Source: Dimorphilus gyrociliatus (taxonomy: Eukaryota; Animalia; Annelida). From it: 64,000 nucleotides of DNA. Positions within the stretch are counted from its first letter, which is position 1, and every line of letters begins with the position of its first letter. This document shows positions 36,001 through 49,360 of the stretch, in pieces. Made by a program: the position numbers and the translations under genes. The stretch is from the NCBI GenBank assembly GCA_904063045.1, contig CAJFCJ010000003.1:434001-498000 (forward strand), in the 5' to 3' direction. Under the pieces are notes generated by a model that saw nothing but the letters and a program-made list of their open reading frames with translations, was not told the DNA's origin and searched no databases.

Positions 36001-38816
36001 TGAAGAAATTCTAACAAAACAGGTGAAAATTGTCGACTTTATTATATTAGCTACTTAAATTAAGCAATTAAAGACTGATGTGCTTATTATACAAGCTACT
36101 TTGAGAATTTTTAATGGAATTGTTTGCTCAAAGGCAAAGTAATTTTAATGATTTGTTTAATTATTGATCTATCTTTTTATGTCTCTTGACCATTTTACAA
36201 TTTGGTTCCGTGAAATAAAACTCCAAGTGCTTTCAAATCCCGCCTACTACCGACAGCCTTTGTCTTCCCATGCCTCCTTTCTCTTCTGTTTGTTCTATTC
36301 TTATTCGGTGTTCATCTCTATAGGCTGCCATTGTTGATGGAGAAAAGACTTTTTAAATGAAGAAAAGGTAGAGCGAGTGAGAAAGAAATTCTATTTAAAA
36401 ACATACACGGGTGTAGATTGGCTGGTGAAATAATAGAGAAGGAGAAAGAATACAAAAGAAACAAAAACAGCTCTTGGCAGGCATCAATTTTCTACAATTT
36501 TTTCTACCAGATTATGAACAATGATGGATTTTCACCAAATGTCTCCTCACCATCCATAAAGAAAGGCGCAAATTAAACGACAAATGGTAGAAATTCGCAA
36601 AGAAGCTGACGACAAACGAATAACAAACAACCTCGTGTCAAGAATTTGTGTATTTCCAAACCAATCCGATATATATTGGGGTTAGACTATGAAGGAAACT
36701 GTATAGGGCCAATCAATGCCTTTCGGTCGATGTATAGAATCGATTCTGTAATAGTAGGAGCGTTAAAGAGCTCGGGGAAAAGACGGTTTGGTAAAAAAAA
36801 AAAGGGGGGCCGTTCGATTTGGACGCCCAGTTGCGTGTTGGGGGTGGCGTTAATTGGTATAGTGGGACAAGGCGATTCGAGTCACGAATTTGACTGAGAA
36901 GCACCTGCTGGATGTTAAACTGACACTCTGACACTTTTCATCCGAATTATTCGTCATTTTGTATCGATCTAATGAAGCTAAGTACATTGGAAGGAGGGTG
37001 GACTCCCTTTAGATTGTAAATCCTATTATTTATGGTAAGGAAAGATACTTGGGAATATGAAACAGTTGGTTGGACGTACATAAAAATTGATAGATGCCAG
37101 AAAGTGTTTTTTGAGTAGAGGAGGTTGCAAATGCTCTTGATAATTCCCCTAATCCCTTTACAAGTTTGCCTATTAATCGCACAACGTTGCTTTGTTGCGA
37201 AGAGGCTAATACAGTGTATAAATATATTATGTACGTTTAAATTAGCCCTCTTGACACCTCTCGCTTTCTCGCTTAAATAGACAACTCAATTGGATTATCG
37301 CTTCTCACTAAGGCACTTGCAAGACTCTTTCAATTCTGTTTCCTACTCGCGAACCAACGTCTCAATATCACCCTTAGCCCCTCCCCAAAGACGCTTATAA
37401 GATTTTGTCGAACGATCGAGCTACCGGCAATTAAAAAGAGAACTCTTTGACGCTTAGCGATTGCCCTATTATGCGACTCTATTGTTTAGTCTCAATTGGA
37501 AATTTCGAGGGTTCTTCAACCTCAACTAATTGCAACGACTCCTGGCAGAAGATCGAAATTTTGTTGATTTTCGTCTCTCGAAATACAACAAAACTGTACT
37601 AGAATCGTCGTTATCGTCCTTTAGTTTCCTTTTTCAATCGATTCTTCTCTTCGACTTTCCTCACGAGGAGCGGAGAAAGAAAAGCTGGTCGGCGTTATTA
37701 AGTTACGATACTTGGCCTCACGACCCGTTTGCTCTACGTTAACGTTAATCTTATCAACAAAAAGAAATACTTGGACATTTTTCTCACCACAAATACAACC
37801 ACAAAATCTTCTTTTCCCCATTAATCCCCCCGCAATTTTGTAGGCCTACCTATTCCTATTCCTTATACGGAAAGTAATCGTGTTAAGCGTCTAGCGATAT
37901 TATTGGATTTAATGGAGCAGAAAGGAGAGCTGAGAGTTTATATTATCGCCTACCTATTTCGCAAGATTTTCCTGTATATCGAGTTGATTTGCATTCGCAA
38001 AGTGATGAATTATCCATTGAATAGCATCTTCCCCCGTTTTTGCAGGGATTGTGTACAAGACAGAAATCTTTCTCATCTTCTTTCGCTGCGTGTTTTCCAG
38101 TTATCTTCGGAGCTCGTTTCAATCTGAGATTTAATAAAATGGAAATCGATTTTTGATTAATTAATTCTCTGTCTTACCTGCCACACTGGGAAAAGAATAT
38201 ATTCTTAATAGTTCCTTTTAACTTGTCCGCAAAGAAGGAGGCAATGTTGGCTAATTTGTACAATTTTAATTCGAAGCTGCTCGGTAAGCCACCAAAGTAG
38301 ACTCTATTGAATTTGGAAGAAGGATGAACTTCAGATGGCGATTCAACTTTCAGCACCTGAATTGATCTATCATCCACTTTGAAAAGAAGATGATTTCGAG
38401 CGAAGAGAATATTGATCTTATGAAATCGGTTATCGGTTATCGTACGATCATCTTTAACAGTATACGGAAAGCTAAAAGGAGGGAAAAGAAGGGAAAAATT
38501 ATGCTTTTATTTAGGGCAATTGGCCACTGGAGGATAATATTCCAAACCTGGTAAATGATTCTAGAAAAATTTTGAAAACAAGTTTGCCATCTTGTATTGT
38601 TAATTCGATAAAATCTCTTCCAGAAGTCTGGGTGTACATAAGCAGACCTATCTTCTCTGTAGTCTTAAATTCGAATTCCAACGATCCATTTGAGCATGGA
38701 TTCCATGTTTGAAATGCTACATAGGCCCCGGTCACGTCCTCAAGAAACAGTGTTCTGGCCTGTGCGATAGCAATAACAAGCGTGAAATGCAGCAAGGAAA
38801 GAAAATTCAAGGCCAT
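21042..38816 (-). CDS. NRXN: Alpha-neurexin (signal peptide, LNS1-EGF-LNS2-LNS3-EGF-LNS4-LNS5-EGF-LNS6, Cys-loop, Thr-rich stalk, TM, PDZ-binding tail); 1523 aa from 21 core exons: 38816-38548, 38471-38178, 38123-37954, 35717-35562, 35384-35224, 34834-34358, 34287-33978, 33924-33781, 32544-32333, 29301-29193, 28022-27865, 27789-27386, 27133-26985, 26816-26697, 26486-26287, 26159-25982, 24623-24528, 24460-24358, 24254-24239, 21976-21807, 21717-21042
   Basis: Signal peptide MALNFLSLLHFTLVIAIAQA, three EGF repeats, LNS motifs (DNKWH, NDDDWH, DGQYHVVRFRR), Cys-loop SGAGAGSGCQSDDEDDC, TM, YKYRARDDGSYKVDESKNY and C-terminal KDVKEWFV*. Exon lengths sum to 4572 nt with consistent phases. Confidence 0.95.
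23105..23179 (-). CDS. Candidate alternative first coding exon (signal peptide MNIFSSYLIIFYILLLKQSPCLLFS) of a gamma-neurexin-like short isoform
   Basis: ATG at 23179, hydrophobic core, and a perfect GTGAGT donor in phase 0 matching the phase-0 acceptor of the Cys-loop exon at 21976. Confidence 0.6.
25181..25231 (-). CDS. Candidate 51-nt cassette exon in LNS6 (SS4 position), encoding ASLLKELLGEDYIENYS
   Basis: CAG acceptor after a ~150-nt U-rich tract, CAG|GTAAAG donor, phase 1-1, no stop codon. Confidence 0.6.
31948..31959 (-). CDS. Candidate 12-nt micro-exon in LNS4 (TDPK), near the SS3 position
   Basis: TTTTTAAATTGTAG acceptor, AAG|GTATAT donor, phase 0-0. Inclusion gives DPKTLYVG, aligning with vertebrate GPETLFAG. 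Confidence 0.5.
32734..32748 (-). CDS. Candidate 15-nt micro-exon in the EGF2-LNS4 linker
   Basis: TTTCGTTTGGATAG acceptor, perfect GTGAGT donor, phase 1-1, reads PNVAV. Confidence 0.45.
35027..35050 (-). CDS. Candidate 24-nt cassette exon in LNS2 (SS2 position), encoding LINRAICE
   Basis: TTACAG acceptor, GAG|GTAAGG donor, phase 0-0, located between ...RKTRQ and VKVTVD... Confidence 0.62.
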
Positions 38817-39686
38817 AATTTAAATGTTGAGAGAATAATCCCCCTAATCCGTCATATGGAGAGAGAAAATTATAAACGAAAGCGCTTCTTCTTGATTGAA
38901 TTATCCCAATTCTGGACGGGAATGTTCCAAAGTGACATTTATGATTGAATTAGCATTTGATTGCGGTCCTTATCAACTTCTTATCTCGTTTTTATTTAGT
39001 GACCGCTTTGACCTGAAGGAGAAATCAATTGATACAACATTACGTTAATTGTAGATTATAATAATAAACGATATAAAAGTATAGGCTTGTACGTATGTGA
39101 AAGATGAGACGGTGGAAGGAGATTGATGCGTTTATCGGGCGCGTAATTGACGCTTGATGGGATAAATATAATCTGCGTTTCTTCATCTAAATTATGAAAA
39201 AGCTGTCTAATGCCTAGTTATCAATTTATTGCAATAACACACCTTTTACTTATTATTCACCCACTTTACGTAATGAATAAGTAACAGAGTTATTATAAGT
39301 TTATACGTAGATAATTAAGTATTTAATAAATTATTAAGTAATAATTAAATTAACTATAGCGTTCGAACAACGGTAAAGCGTTATTTCCGTTTAAGGTAGT
39401 ATAGATTATGAATACTTCCGATACAACAAGACAAATGTTCGATTTTTTAATCTTGCAACTGACAATTAGTAATTAGGTCTATACAGGGAACATTCGATTT
39501 TCTGCCCTTACCAAAGTTCCCTTTGTAAGAATTGGCGTGTAAAAATTTTATCCGCCTAATAATCTATTGATCCCGACGAAATCCAGTAAATTTCCTTCGA
39601 AAGAACGAGAACCATAAAGATTTCGCTGCCGCGTCTTTTTTTTTATCTCTACTGTATACTTTCTCACACCCCTTCTTCGTTCCCCC

Positions 39687-39734
39687 TTCTCTCTCTCTCT
39701 CTCTCTCTCACTCTCTCACTCTCTCACTCTCTCT
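39687..39734. repeat. (CT)n/(CTCTCA)n tract upstream of neurexin
   Basis: Direct reading. Confidence 0.8.
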
Positions 39735-42700
39735 GTCTGCTCGTCTCTGTCTCTCTTCCATCTCTCATTCCTCTTCCGACTATTGATTGTCTCCATTTAT
39801 CTTATCGCCTTGACTGCATTTAAAATCTATATCCTCCTACTCGTAGCCGTCTCTCTCGTCAGACTCGAGTATCTATAAATATTGCTAGCCCGAGTGTATC
39901 TAAACTAAGAAGCGTCACGTGGCTTTAGTATCACTGAGTAGCCCCCGAATTTTTCGATTATTAAACAGAAAATTGATGTACGACTAATCGATGCAAAATT
40001 AAGGTGGATCATTAACATTTGCTTGCTCACGCTCAACGGATGTCTTGTTATTTACCACACATTTCGCTTCATTACCCTCCAATACTTGAACAAATATCCA
40101 TTACTAATTGCTAACCTTCAATTACCCAGACTTGAATAATTAATATCTCTTTATACTACAACACATCATAAATAACGCTGGAATTCGTATCACAGCAGTG
40201 GATTACTCAAATTCACGCCCAGGTCAAAAGGTTCAGTCTATATTCTCAGTTAGACGATCATCATTTCTCAGAGATCGTCTATGACGTGCTCAAATAATCC
40301 CTTCCCTATCTAATCAAACATTGAAATCCCGATTTTCTCTCGTCTTCATATCCATAATAGTGTCGAGAGAGGACGGTTGCTTTTTGCAGTCTAAAAAGGA
40401 TTAACTGTGACTGTTACTGTTTATCCGCTTTTCTCGGGGACCAATAGGCCCATCAGCTAACCTTTAAGTAAAATTCCCCAAGTGCTATTCTTTTTGTTTG
40501 TTAACCGAAAACTTCAATTGTTATTTCTTTTCCTTCAGTAATACTAATATTTTATTCATCCATTAATTGGGGCCTTCATTAAAGCGTATATTTTTGTTAG
40601 TTAGTTTGCGTTTTTATCTGTTATTTTAACACACCTATTTCGTCTTTTACACGCCTATATTCTATTTTTTAATTCGCACTCGAAAGTTCCTTTATTCTAC
40701 AGTAATTAAATATTAAAAGATTGTGAAAAGAAAAATACACAAATATATCGCTTTTTTGTATTTTGATACTATTAAATAAATGATAACGAAGAAGATCGAC
40801 GTCCAATTTATCTTATCGTCGTCTCTTAGTATTTAATCGAGTACGTATAAATATTACTAGTTTAATACAAACACAAGGCACTCGAAAGAATATTATATCT
40901 AGAGTGATGATTAGCATACACACAAACTACCCAAGGCGACAATATTTTGTACTCACTACAGCGAAAAAAACCGCTATGACTAAATGGAGAGGCGACAATA
41001 TGGCCATTGTTATTGAAAAGAGGAAAAAAAATCCAAAATGGACAGATACCAGCTGTCATTCTTGAGCTTTCGATTTTATACATAAAAAAAGAATGTCTCT
41101 TTTACTAGGCTTATAAATAAATAATAAATAAAATAAATCAAAAACGTTTTACACACATCTAAATTTAATAAACTTATATATTATGTTTATTTAAATATAT
41201 CAAATATTAAAGTTAGAGATAATTGTATATTTGCTAACTATAGTATGCGAATATGCCAATGTCTTTAGTTGTATATACTGTATAACTACGAACTTATACA
41301 TCTTTAAAGATGGCTTAAATACGTACACAAATACATAGAATACAATTATACTTGGATACATACAGTATTTTCTAATAAATATATATTTATGTATATTTAA
41401 ATGAATGTAATTCACCAACTAACATTGTATGCATTTCCTTTTTGTTCTACGGATAGATCTGTAGACTTAGGGTTATAAAAAGGTTTCTACTAATATCTAT
41501 TATTTATAGCTGGTAGAGTTACATTTAAATATGCTGAACATTCAATATTAATGTGAATACTATAGCGAACAGATATTTTTAAACATTGACTATGCACACA
41601 CAGACAGTATAAATTTATATATATATATATAAATTTTTACTTCATATAAAAGAAGATATCACTTATTTATTATATGTATATTACATATTCTTTATTCAAC
41701 AAATTAGATACAGTGGTAAAAAGAGCCCCTTTGCCAAACTATGCTATTATCATCTTTAGACAACTTGATAAATTCAAGAAAGTATAAGAGTGGTCACGTA
41801 TAACTGGAATATCATCCTCATATTCAAATAGTCCTATCTATGTATATATGTATATGAACGCATATTAGATATAAATATATATTTATATACAAGCATATTC
41901 ACTTATATAAACAATATAACATATGCAATTAAAGATATAGAGAATTTTTTCCAGAGGATGAATTAAAAGATTATATATAATGTATATATATATATACTGT
42001 ATATATATCGTTTCTATTTAATTAAAAATATATTCAAATACTCCAGAAATTACATAAAATTCAATTCATATGAATATAATAATATTTATATATTCTGTAT
42101 TCCATATATGATATGTATACTATATAGCTATGAAATAACTCTAGGCCTACGTCGCAGAAGCAATTTATTAAGCAACAGACGTTTTATATAAGGTAGAAAG
42201 ACGAGACTATTATCTTATCAATAATTTATAAGCCTATTACTTTATTTTCAAAAATTTGTTATACATACCTCCACCAGCAGAAATATATTCATAAATATAT
42301 ACAAGACAAATATATAAGTGACAGTATATATTTTGTATAGCCACTTGAAAACCGGAAGTAAGAGTGAGACGTTTCTCCAAGTCTATTAGGCTTGTTTGTC
42401 TCCGCTGTTTGTAAGTATTTGTCTGGTGAGAAGGAAAGTAATTTTCTAGGCGTTTGCGTTCTAGATGGAGCATCTCATTTCGACACTGGCGTCATCTATT
42501 GAGAAGAATATACTTAATAAGCCTCGTTAATCCATATTACGCGAAATATCTTTTTCAGCTTATTTACATGTGGTCATGACAAACGCCATTTGCAGCGTAT
42601 CTTTTTTTTTAGAACATAGATATTTTCTGTCAACTTTTCACGCCTACTGACAATGCCGAATCCCCCAAGTACCCTACATATTTTCTATATAATTTCCAAT

Positions 42701-43593
42701 TATACCTTTTCAATCCTTTTTAAACGAAAATATGCTAACACCTCATTCTTAAAATAGTAATATAAAGCTGTAAAATAAGTGGATGAACTTCAAGTACTAT
42801 TGTTCCTTTCCATTCACTGCACCAAATTAGCTGACGTAAATACTTTTCGTCTTTATTGCCTTGTAATTACGAAGAGGATTCTGTAATCTGGGTTCAACTA
42901 GTAAGACTCGCTTAAGGTTTTGGTATTGCCAAATCACCGGATCTTGTAGAATCTGAACTAAAAAAGTAAGTAATGGAGTTTTTCTTTTCAATTATACATG
43001 CCGGTATTACATTCCCGGACACTGCAATTCTTTATTAGAAATTCTACCAAATATAGACCAATCACTCAAGGTTACTACGTGACAAAAAAAGCGAATTATA
43101 CCCTTGTTATATTTTTATTCGCTGGTGTTTCTGTCTATATCTGACAATTATACCTTTTAAGCTTCCTCTACAATACAAAAACCTCTAAATGCGAGTAAAA
43201 AGAGAAAGAGGTAAAAAAAGAGCGACTTTTTCATTGGGATATTATGTAATTGCTATCTGCTCTCTTATTACTTTTTTTCTTTTTTGTTAAGTCTTTCAAT
43301 TTCACTTTTTCCTCTTAGAAGTTTGCTTTTTTATGTTCCATTCATGGAAAAATTAATAATTTTTCTTTTCAACTATTTCATTACTTAAGGACATTTCCTT
43401 TGCAATGTTCTTTATATGACAAGAACTTCTTCAAAGAACCGTTCGGCTTTGAACAAAACTATGTCCAAATTTATGGACACCGTATTATACCTTACTGTTT
43501 TTTTTTTCGGATTGTCGTTTTCTTATCGTCTATATTTATATAGTTTAAAATTATATTCACAGTTTAATCTATGATTTTATAAATTATTAACAA

Positions 43594-44568
43594 ATGGCCG
43601 ATTATCAGCTACTTAAACGTGGTAAATTAAATTTGAAAAATGATTCGACTTCCAAGTAATATTGATATTTAAATTGAAAAATTCGGTTACATTAATCCTT
43701 TATTACCTATTATCGTTCTAGAAAGAAACATAAGCGTAAAAAGAAGAGAAAGAATGATGATTCTGACAAAGATAATGTATTAACTTCAACCGATACGCTG
43801 AGACACGGAGGATGGTGGATTATAGACGAATTCGAACAGATTGTTGGCAACGTTGCTTTAGAATTTCATGTCAAGAGTATGTCGTACGCCGAAGCACAAG
43901 ATAATGGTTTATTTAAACTGGGATATCAAACTGATTCGGGAGAAGAGCCTAAAGAAGAGGGTATCCTTACAGCAATGAAAATTGGCGAAACGAAAATCGC
44001 ATTAAAATCTGGATTTGGAAAATATTTAGGTTTAGAAAAGTACGTATACGTAGAATTCTATTTCAAGCAATTAAATTGAATGATAGACTATTTACGAAAT
44101 GTTTAAAGACTGGAAAACTAAAAAAATATTAACATTGTGTCTTATTTCAGAACTGGTATAGTTTCCGCTAGAGCCGACGCAATCGGAAGAAACGAGCAAT
44201 GGGAACCTGTATTTCAAGAGGGAAAAACCGCTCTAATTGGACCTAATGGCTGTTTTTTAGGAGTCGATGAAGTAGGTACGCTTCAATGTCTTAGCAGATC
44301 GGCTGGTGAAGATGAATATTTGTCAATAAGAACAAATAACACTCGTGTTAAAAAATCGAAAAAGGACTTACCTATCGAGGAAATGTCTGCCTCTCTCAAA
44401 GACACAGAAGTGAATTATGTGAAAAAGTTTCAAAGTTTTCAAGATCGTAGGCTAAAGATTAACAAGGAAGATACATCAGCTTTAGATCAAGCTAGCGAAA
44501 AAGGAAATCTACACGAAGTCCTATTGGACAGAAGAGAAAAAATGAAATCGGATAAGTTTTGTAAATAA
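43594..44568 (+). CDS. FRG1: FRG1 (fascin-like beta-trefoil, spliceosome-associated); exons 43594-43655, 43722-44039, 44151-44568
   Basis: KKHKRKKKRK NLS, HGGWW, KIALKSGFGKYLG, ADAIGRNEQWEPVFQEG, YVKKFQSFQD and DRREKMKSDKFCK*. Confidence 0.95.
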
Positions 44569-46893
44569 CCATAAAAATTTCGTAATATGTCTGTTTTTAC
44601 TAAAAATAATACAACATATATTAGCTGTATATTTAGGTTTAGTGTAAACTATTATATAACTACTATTTACAATATCGTTAACTAACTTGTCAACATACTA
44701 CATACTATACATGACATCATTTGGACTTTATCTTCTCTTTAGTAATGGATATCTAATAAAGAGTTATAGAGTAAAAATAATATCAAGAATTCCATTTATA
44801 GCAAAACTCTTTTCATATTTTTAATAAGTGGATCAAAATAGAGTATCTAGGCGTTCCTGTTGGACATAATACGTACTTATTAAAGTGCGCGTAACCTTCT
44901 TTTCAGCAGAATAAAAAAGAATTGTCTTTTGATGAATCTTCGTTAGTCATTACAAAAAGAATTTTTTGTTATTATAGAGATAATTCAAATTAACTAAATT
45001 TGCTATAATCTTAAATAGAGATCAAACAGGAATATGATCGATGAAAATCGACTTTTCTTTTTTTAATAGCGAATTACTTTTTGATACTTTAGGGTTGCAA
45101 TTATTCGTACAATTTTTAATAAACACTTGAAACAATTTAAAGAATTATTACGTTTCGTTCTAATTTAACTATTGTTCTTTGTCACGTTAAACGTGATAGT
45201 CTATTGAGCTGCTAGATGCTTATTTTTAGATTGCTGTTCTATTATAAAATATTGTATACATCCTTTTCTCTTCCCGTTTACTCACAAATCTCTTCCTCCC
45301 TTTCTCTTTCGCTCTGGCTCTCTCTTTCTCTCTCTCCCGCTCTCTTTGTATCCGTCAACAAAATTAATAATTTAATATATAATAAAAATTCTCATTTGTT
45401 TTCTCTGAAGCCAACGAAAAGTTCAGGTTCCTGAAAGATCCTTCAATTAAGGGATGACACCTATGAGAACCGTTACATTTCAGTATATTAGATGTCAGTT
45501 TTACGCCGATTAAGAGTATTTAAAGCAGATGGGACTCCTTCATTGGAAATTAAATTGATATTAGAACAAACCTAAAGAGGCCAATCGTTCTCATCACTTA
45601 AGTCACGATTGTATCTATAGAATTTTTACACAAGTAATTACATTTATCTCTTATCTAAGTTTACAATCGAAAAGCTATTGAATAGATTTCAATTAGGTAA
45701 AAAGGTATATTTTGAGGGAGAAAAACAGGCCACATATTTATTACCCTTTCCCTCTGAATTTGTGCAAATATTTATAATATACTGCGCCACCTATATTACA
45801 ATTTGATTGTTAAAGAAATTTGAGAAATTAAGTTAACCGACTACAGATAAGAATAGTTCTTTTGCTTATCTGACTGATAATCGAATAAGGAAATAATGGT
45901 ACATAAACAATTTCAGTAAAAAATATATAAAACTACATATAAAGAGAGAGCAAACAACTCACAAAAGCTTATATAGTATTAGTTCATTTGTTATGCATAA
46001 CGAAGTTAGAAGAAAAATGACAGTCTCGATATTCCTTTATACTTCAATTAATTTAACAAGACTACTTACTGTTGTGGAGACTAAGCATCTATTTCTCATA
46101 TAATCTTTTTCTATAACTATGTAAGATCCTCTCTTCAGTAGATATCTAACAAATAAGAGTCTTTACCTACTCCCCTCCTTCATTTATATACAGTTAATGT
46201 AAGACAGCCTTAATTATCATATATGATAATAAAAGTAGACTCCATAGAGAAACAGTAACAAATGATGTAAGAGGAATGTAATATTCCATCGGTTACTTAC
46301 CAGTGAAGAAAGTAACCTTCTAATCACCATTTCTTAAGTTTTTGTTTAAAAATTTGTATTATACAAAAGAAATTCCATATAAATAGAAGAAAAAGCTACA
46401 TCTCTTCGTCACTTTTTCAATCAATTTTTTCAGTAATGGAATGAAAGTAGAATAAAAAGTTAGTAAAAAAAAAAAAGAAACAAAACAATAGAAAAAATAA
46501 AACAGTTTTGAACAAAAAATTACAAATACGTTATTAACTTTTTGTATAGTTTTTTTACGTTATAATCACAAGATATCCAATTTTTTTCGTTTTTTACAAT
46601 GTTTATTATAATAAATCAATTTTTCATTATTATTTTAGATTTTCTTTCTCCTCTTTTCTTCTCTCTATCTTTATTTTTTGATTTCTTAATTTTTTTCAAT
46701 TAGCAAAATAAGGAAATTAATATTTTAGTTGTTTTCCTGCTCTTTTTTTTAATTAGTGTTACTAAAAAGAAATTATAAATTGTGATCATTCATTCAATCA
46801 TTCCCTCTCTCTCTCTCTCTCCCATTCAGGACACTACCCTATATCCCCCTCCCCTTGCATACCTCTCCCTCTCATTCAAAATTCTTGTCATTA

Positions 46894-49360
46894 TTATGTA
46901 TCTGTTTTAGCATTCTCCTGTATAAGATTTCTAACGAGTGGTTCCAGTTTGTTCCATGCAGAGGCCAACTGAAAATAAATATATACTTTGCTTAACTATG
47001 TATTTGATAATATTCTTTATTTATAATATGAGAATAGTAATTACCTCGCTATATGCTCTTATTTCACATTTAACAAGAGATTTTACAACTGTATAAAGAT
47101 AACTCAAGAAAACGTGAACCAATTGAGTTTCCCTTTTTATACAATGCAAAGCGAAAAAACTTCGATTTTCCAGGTTTGCGATAGCTTCCTCTTGCTCTAA
47201 TATACGACTTTCAAAATTACCACTTCTATCCTCTACTATTCGACCATTCGTTGACCCACTATTCTTTCTCTTCTTATACTGACTTAATTTACTCAGAGCC
47301 CTCTGGTGGTCCTGAATGACGCCCTTCTCGTGACGATCGCATAGGTCTCTGTACCCATAGAGGACATCAAGAAGTAAGGATATATTTTCGAGCACTTCCT
47401 CGTCTTCCTCTTTCGCCTGAAACGAGGGAAATGAAAAACTTTCAGGAAGCTTACAATATAAAGCTTTACTTGACTTCCGGAGACTTGAGCAACCGTACAA
47501 AATTCTGCAGCTATTTTTTGAAATCCAGGCTTCAAGAATTTCCAAATTTTTGATTCACCTGTCGACCAGTTACTGACCGGCGTAGTTATCGTACCGATAG
47601 CTCTGTGCAATTTTCAACAATATGAATAAATAGATAATGGGAAAGAATATTTACGTTAACTCTTTATTCATTTGAAACATATCTCTTGCGTAGGAGGAAG
47701 ACCTGTAAACTTGTCTTTCAGCAATTTCTTTAAGTCGACAGCAGGCAATTTCTAACTGACGAGCAAACTCCCTACTAGACATAAATTGAAGATTAGCATC
47801 TTCAGTGACTAAATTTCTCACTAAAGTCGCATTTTTATCAGTCATAAATTCGTCAGGTAATCCTTTGAAGTGCTCTTTCATTTTGTGACAAGTATCCTGC
47901 GATAAATGTTCAAGTTATATTCATATTTATAGTTTAAATTACATTAATACATCCTGATACAAAATATAAATAATAAATAAGATGGTAAGCAACAATAATC
48001 AACTATCACAAGTCAAATCTTCTATACTAACCGTTCCGGTAAATGTAAGAAAATACTTTATGACATCATCTTGCCCCACAACAGGATGTCGAACACAGAT
48101 AGTTAAAAATCTTGCTAACCATTTACGTCGACATTCAATAAATTCTCTGCTAGCTATTTACAAGAAACAACAATAGTGATTTTAATCAGTTAAATGTTTT
48201 TATTGATTTATTTATGACAGTTGTTCTAATATTATAAAATACATCATACTAACCACCTAAAAGTTTTTTAGGAGGCAATCTTGCTATAATTCTATAAGGA
48301 TATCTCTGCAGTAATAGTTCATGAAGGGCTAGAAAGTCGTTATACCTTCTTTCAACAGCTTTATTATATTTCTGTTTGATATTTTTATTTATTTAACTTT
48401 CGTTAAACTGGCAAAAAAAAAGGAAAATAATTAATTAATACTCACATTGCTATAAACTTCGTACTCAACGTGTTTTAATATAATTCCTTTCTTCTCTGGA
48501 ACTAATTTTACTGTAACCTGATCAATTTGTTCCAACTCTGTTATTGAATAGTTTAAATCACTTGAGAATTTCTCTCGTTTTATTTTGGCTAAGTCTTTTT
48601 GCAGTTCTTTCATATCGCCCATAGATGGAATTGGTAGTTCTATAAGACATAAATAGGCTTTAGTATATATGTATCAGCATACTTTGAACAAGTAGCCTAA
48701 CTCTAAATTAAAGAGAAATAAAAATAGAGAAAAGGATAGGTAAAATTAATTTGGTTTAGTTGATATCATATTGGTTTTAAATGAAATTGATAAAACTCTC
48801 TCGCTTTATTTCGCTTATACCTCCCACCATACCGCCCTCTCTCTCTCTTTCATGCTGGCTTCAAAGTGCCATTGTTTATAACTCTGCTTGAACGCAAAAA
48901 CTTACATACCTTGTCCCTGATAACTCTCAAGAATTTTTTCGTTAAATGATTTACCAGCCTGAGCAAGGGATATATAAGCGAGAGCTTTATATAAACCATT
49001 TCTGGATATCTTTTCATGTTTCGTTTCCAAACTCTCCCAAATCTAGGTTTAAAAGTTATACAGTTATCAAATTATTGTTTTTATACTGTAATATTATAAT
49101 TTTTATCTGACCTGAGTTAAGACCGGTCTAGACAGTCCAGACTTTGCACAAAATTTAACGAATGTCTCATAATCGACGAAATCGTCGTATGTTGACAACA
49201 ATGAATGTATCTCTCGATAATATGCAGGTATCGACCCTAAATTAAAGTTACATGTTTAAAATAACTTTTATAAATAGTCTTTGCATTTTCGTAACGTGAC
49301 AATAACATTTAATGATAAAAAAACTAAAACTTACGTACCAAACTTTAAATCGTTTGCCAT
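46894..49360 (-). CDS. SNX8: Sorting nexin 8/Mvp1-like (EH-like N-terminus, PX, BAR); 10 exons: 49360-49339, 49236-49112, 49042-48910, 48639-48446, 48371-48254, 48153-48032, 47896-47655, 47602-47470, 47416-47045, 46968-46894
   Basis: VKLVPEKKGIILKHVEYEV, PX motif VERRYNDFLALHELLLQRYPYRIIARLPPKK, FIECRRKWLARFL and YRDLCDRHEKGV. Phases consistent. Confidence 0.92.
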
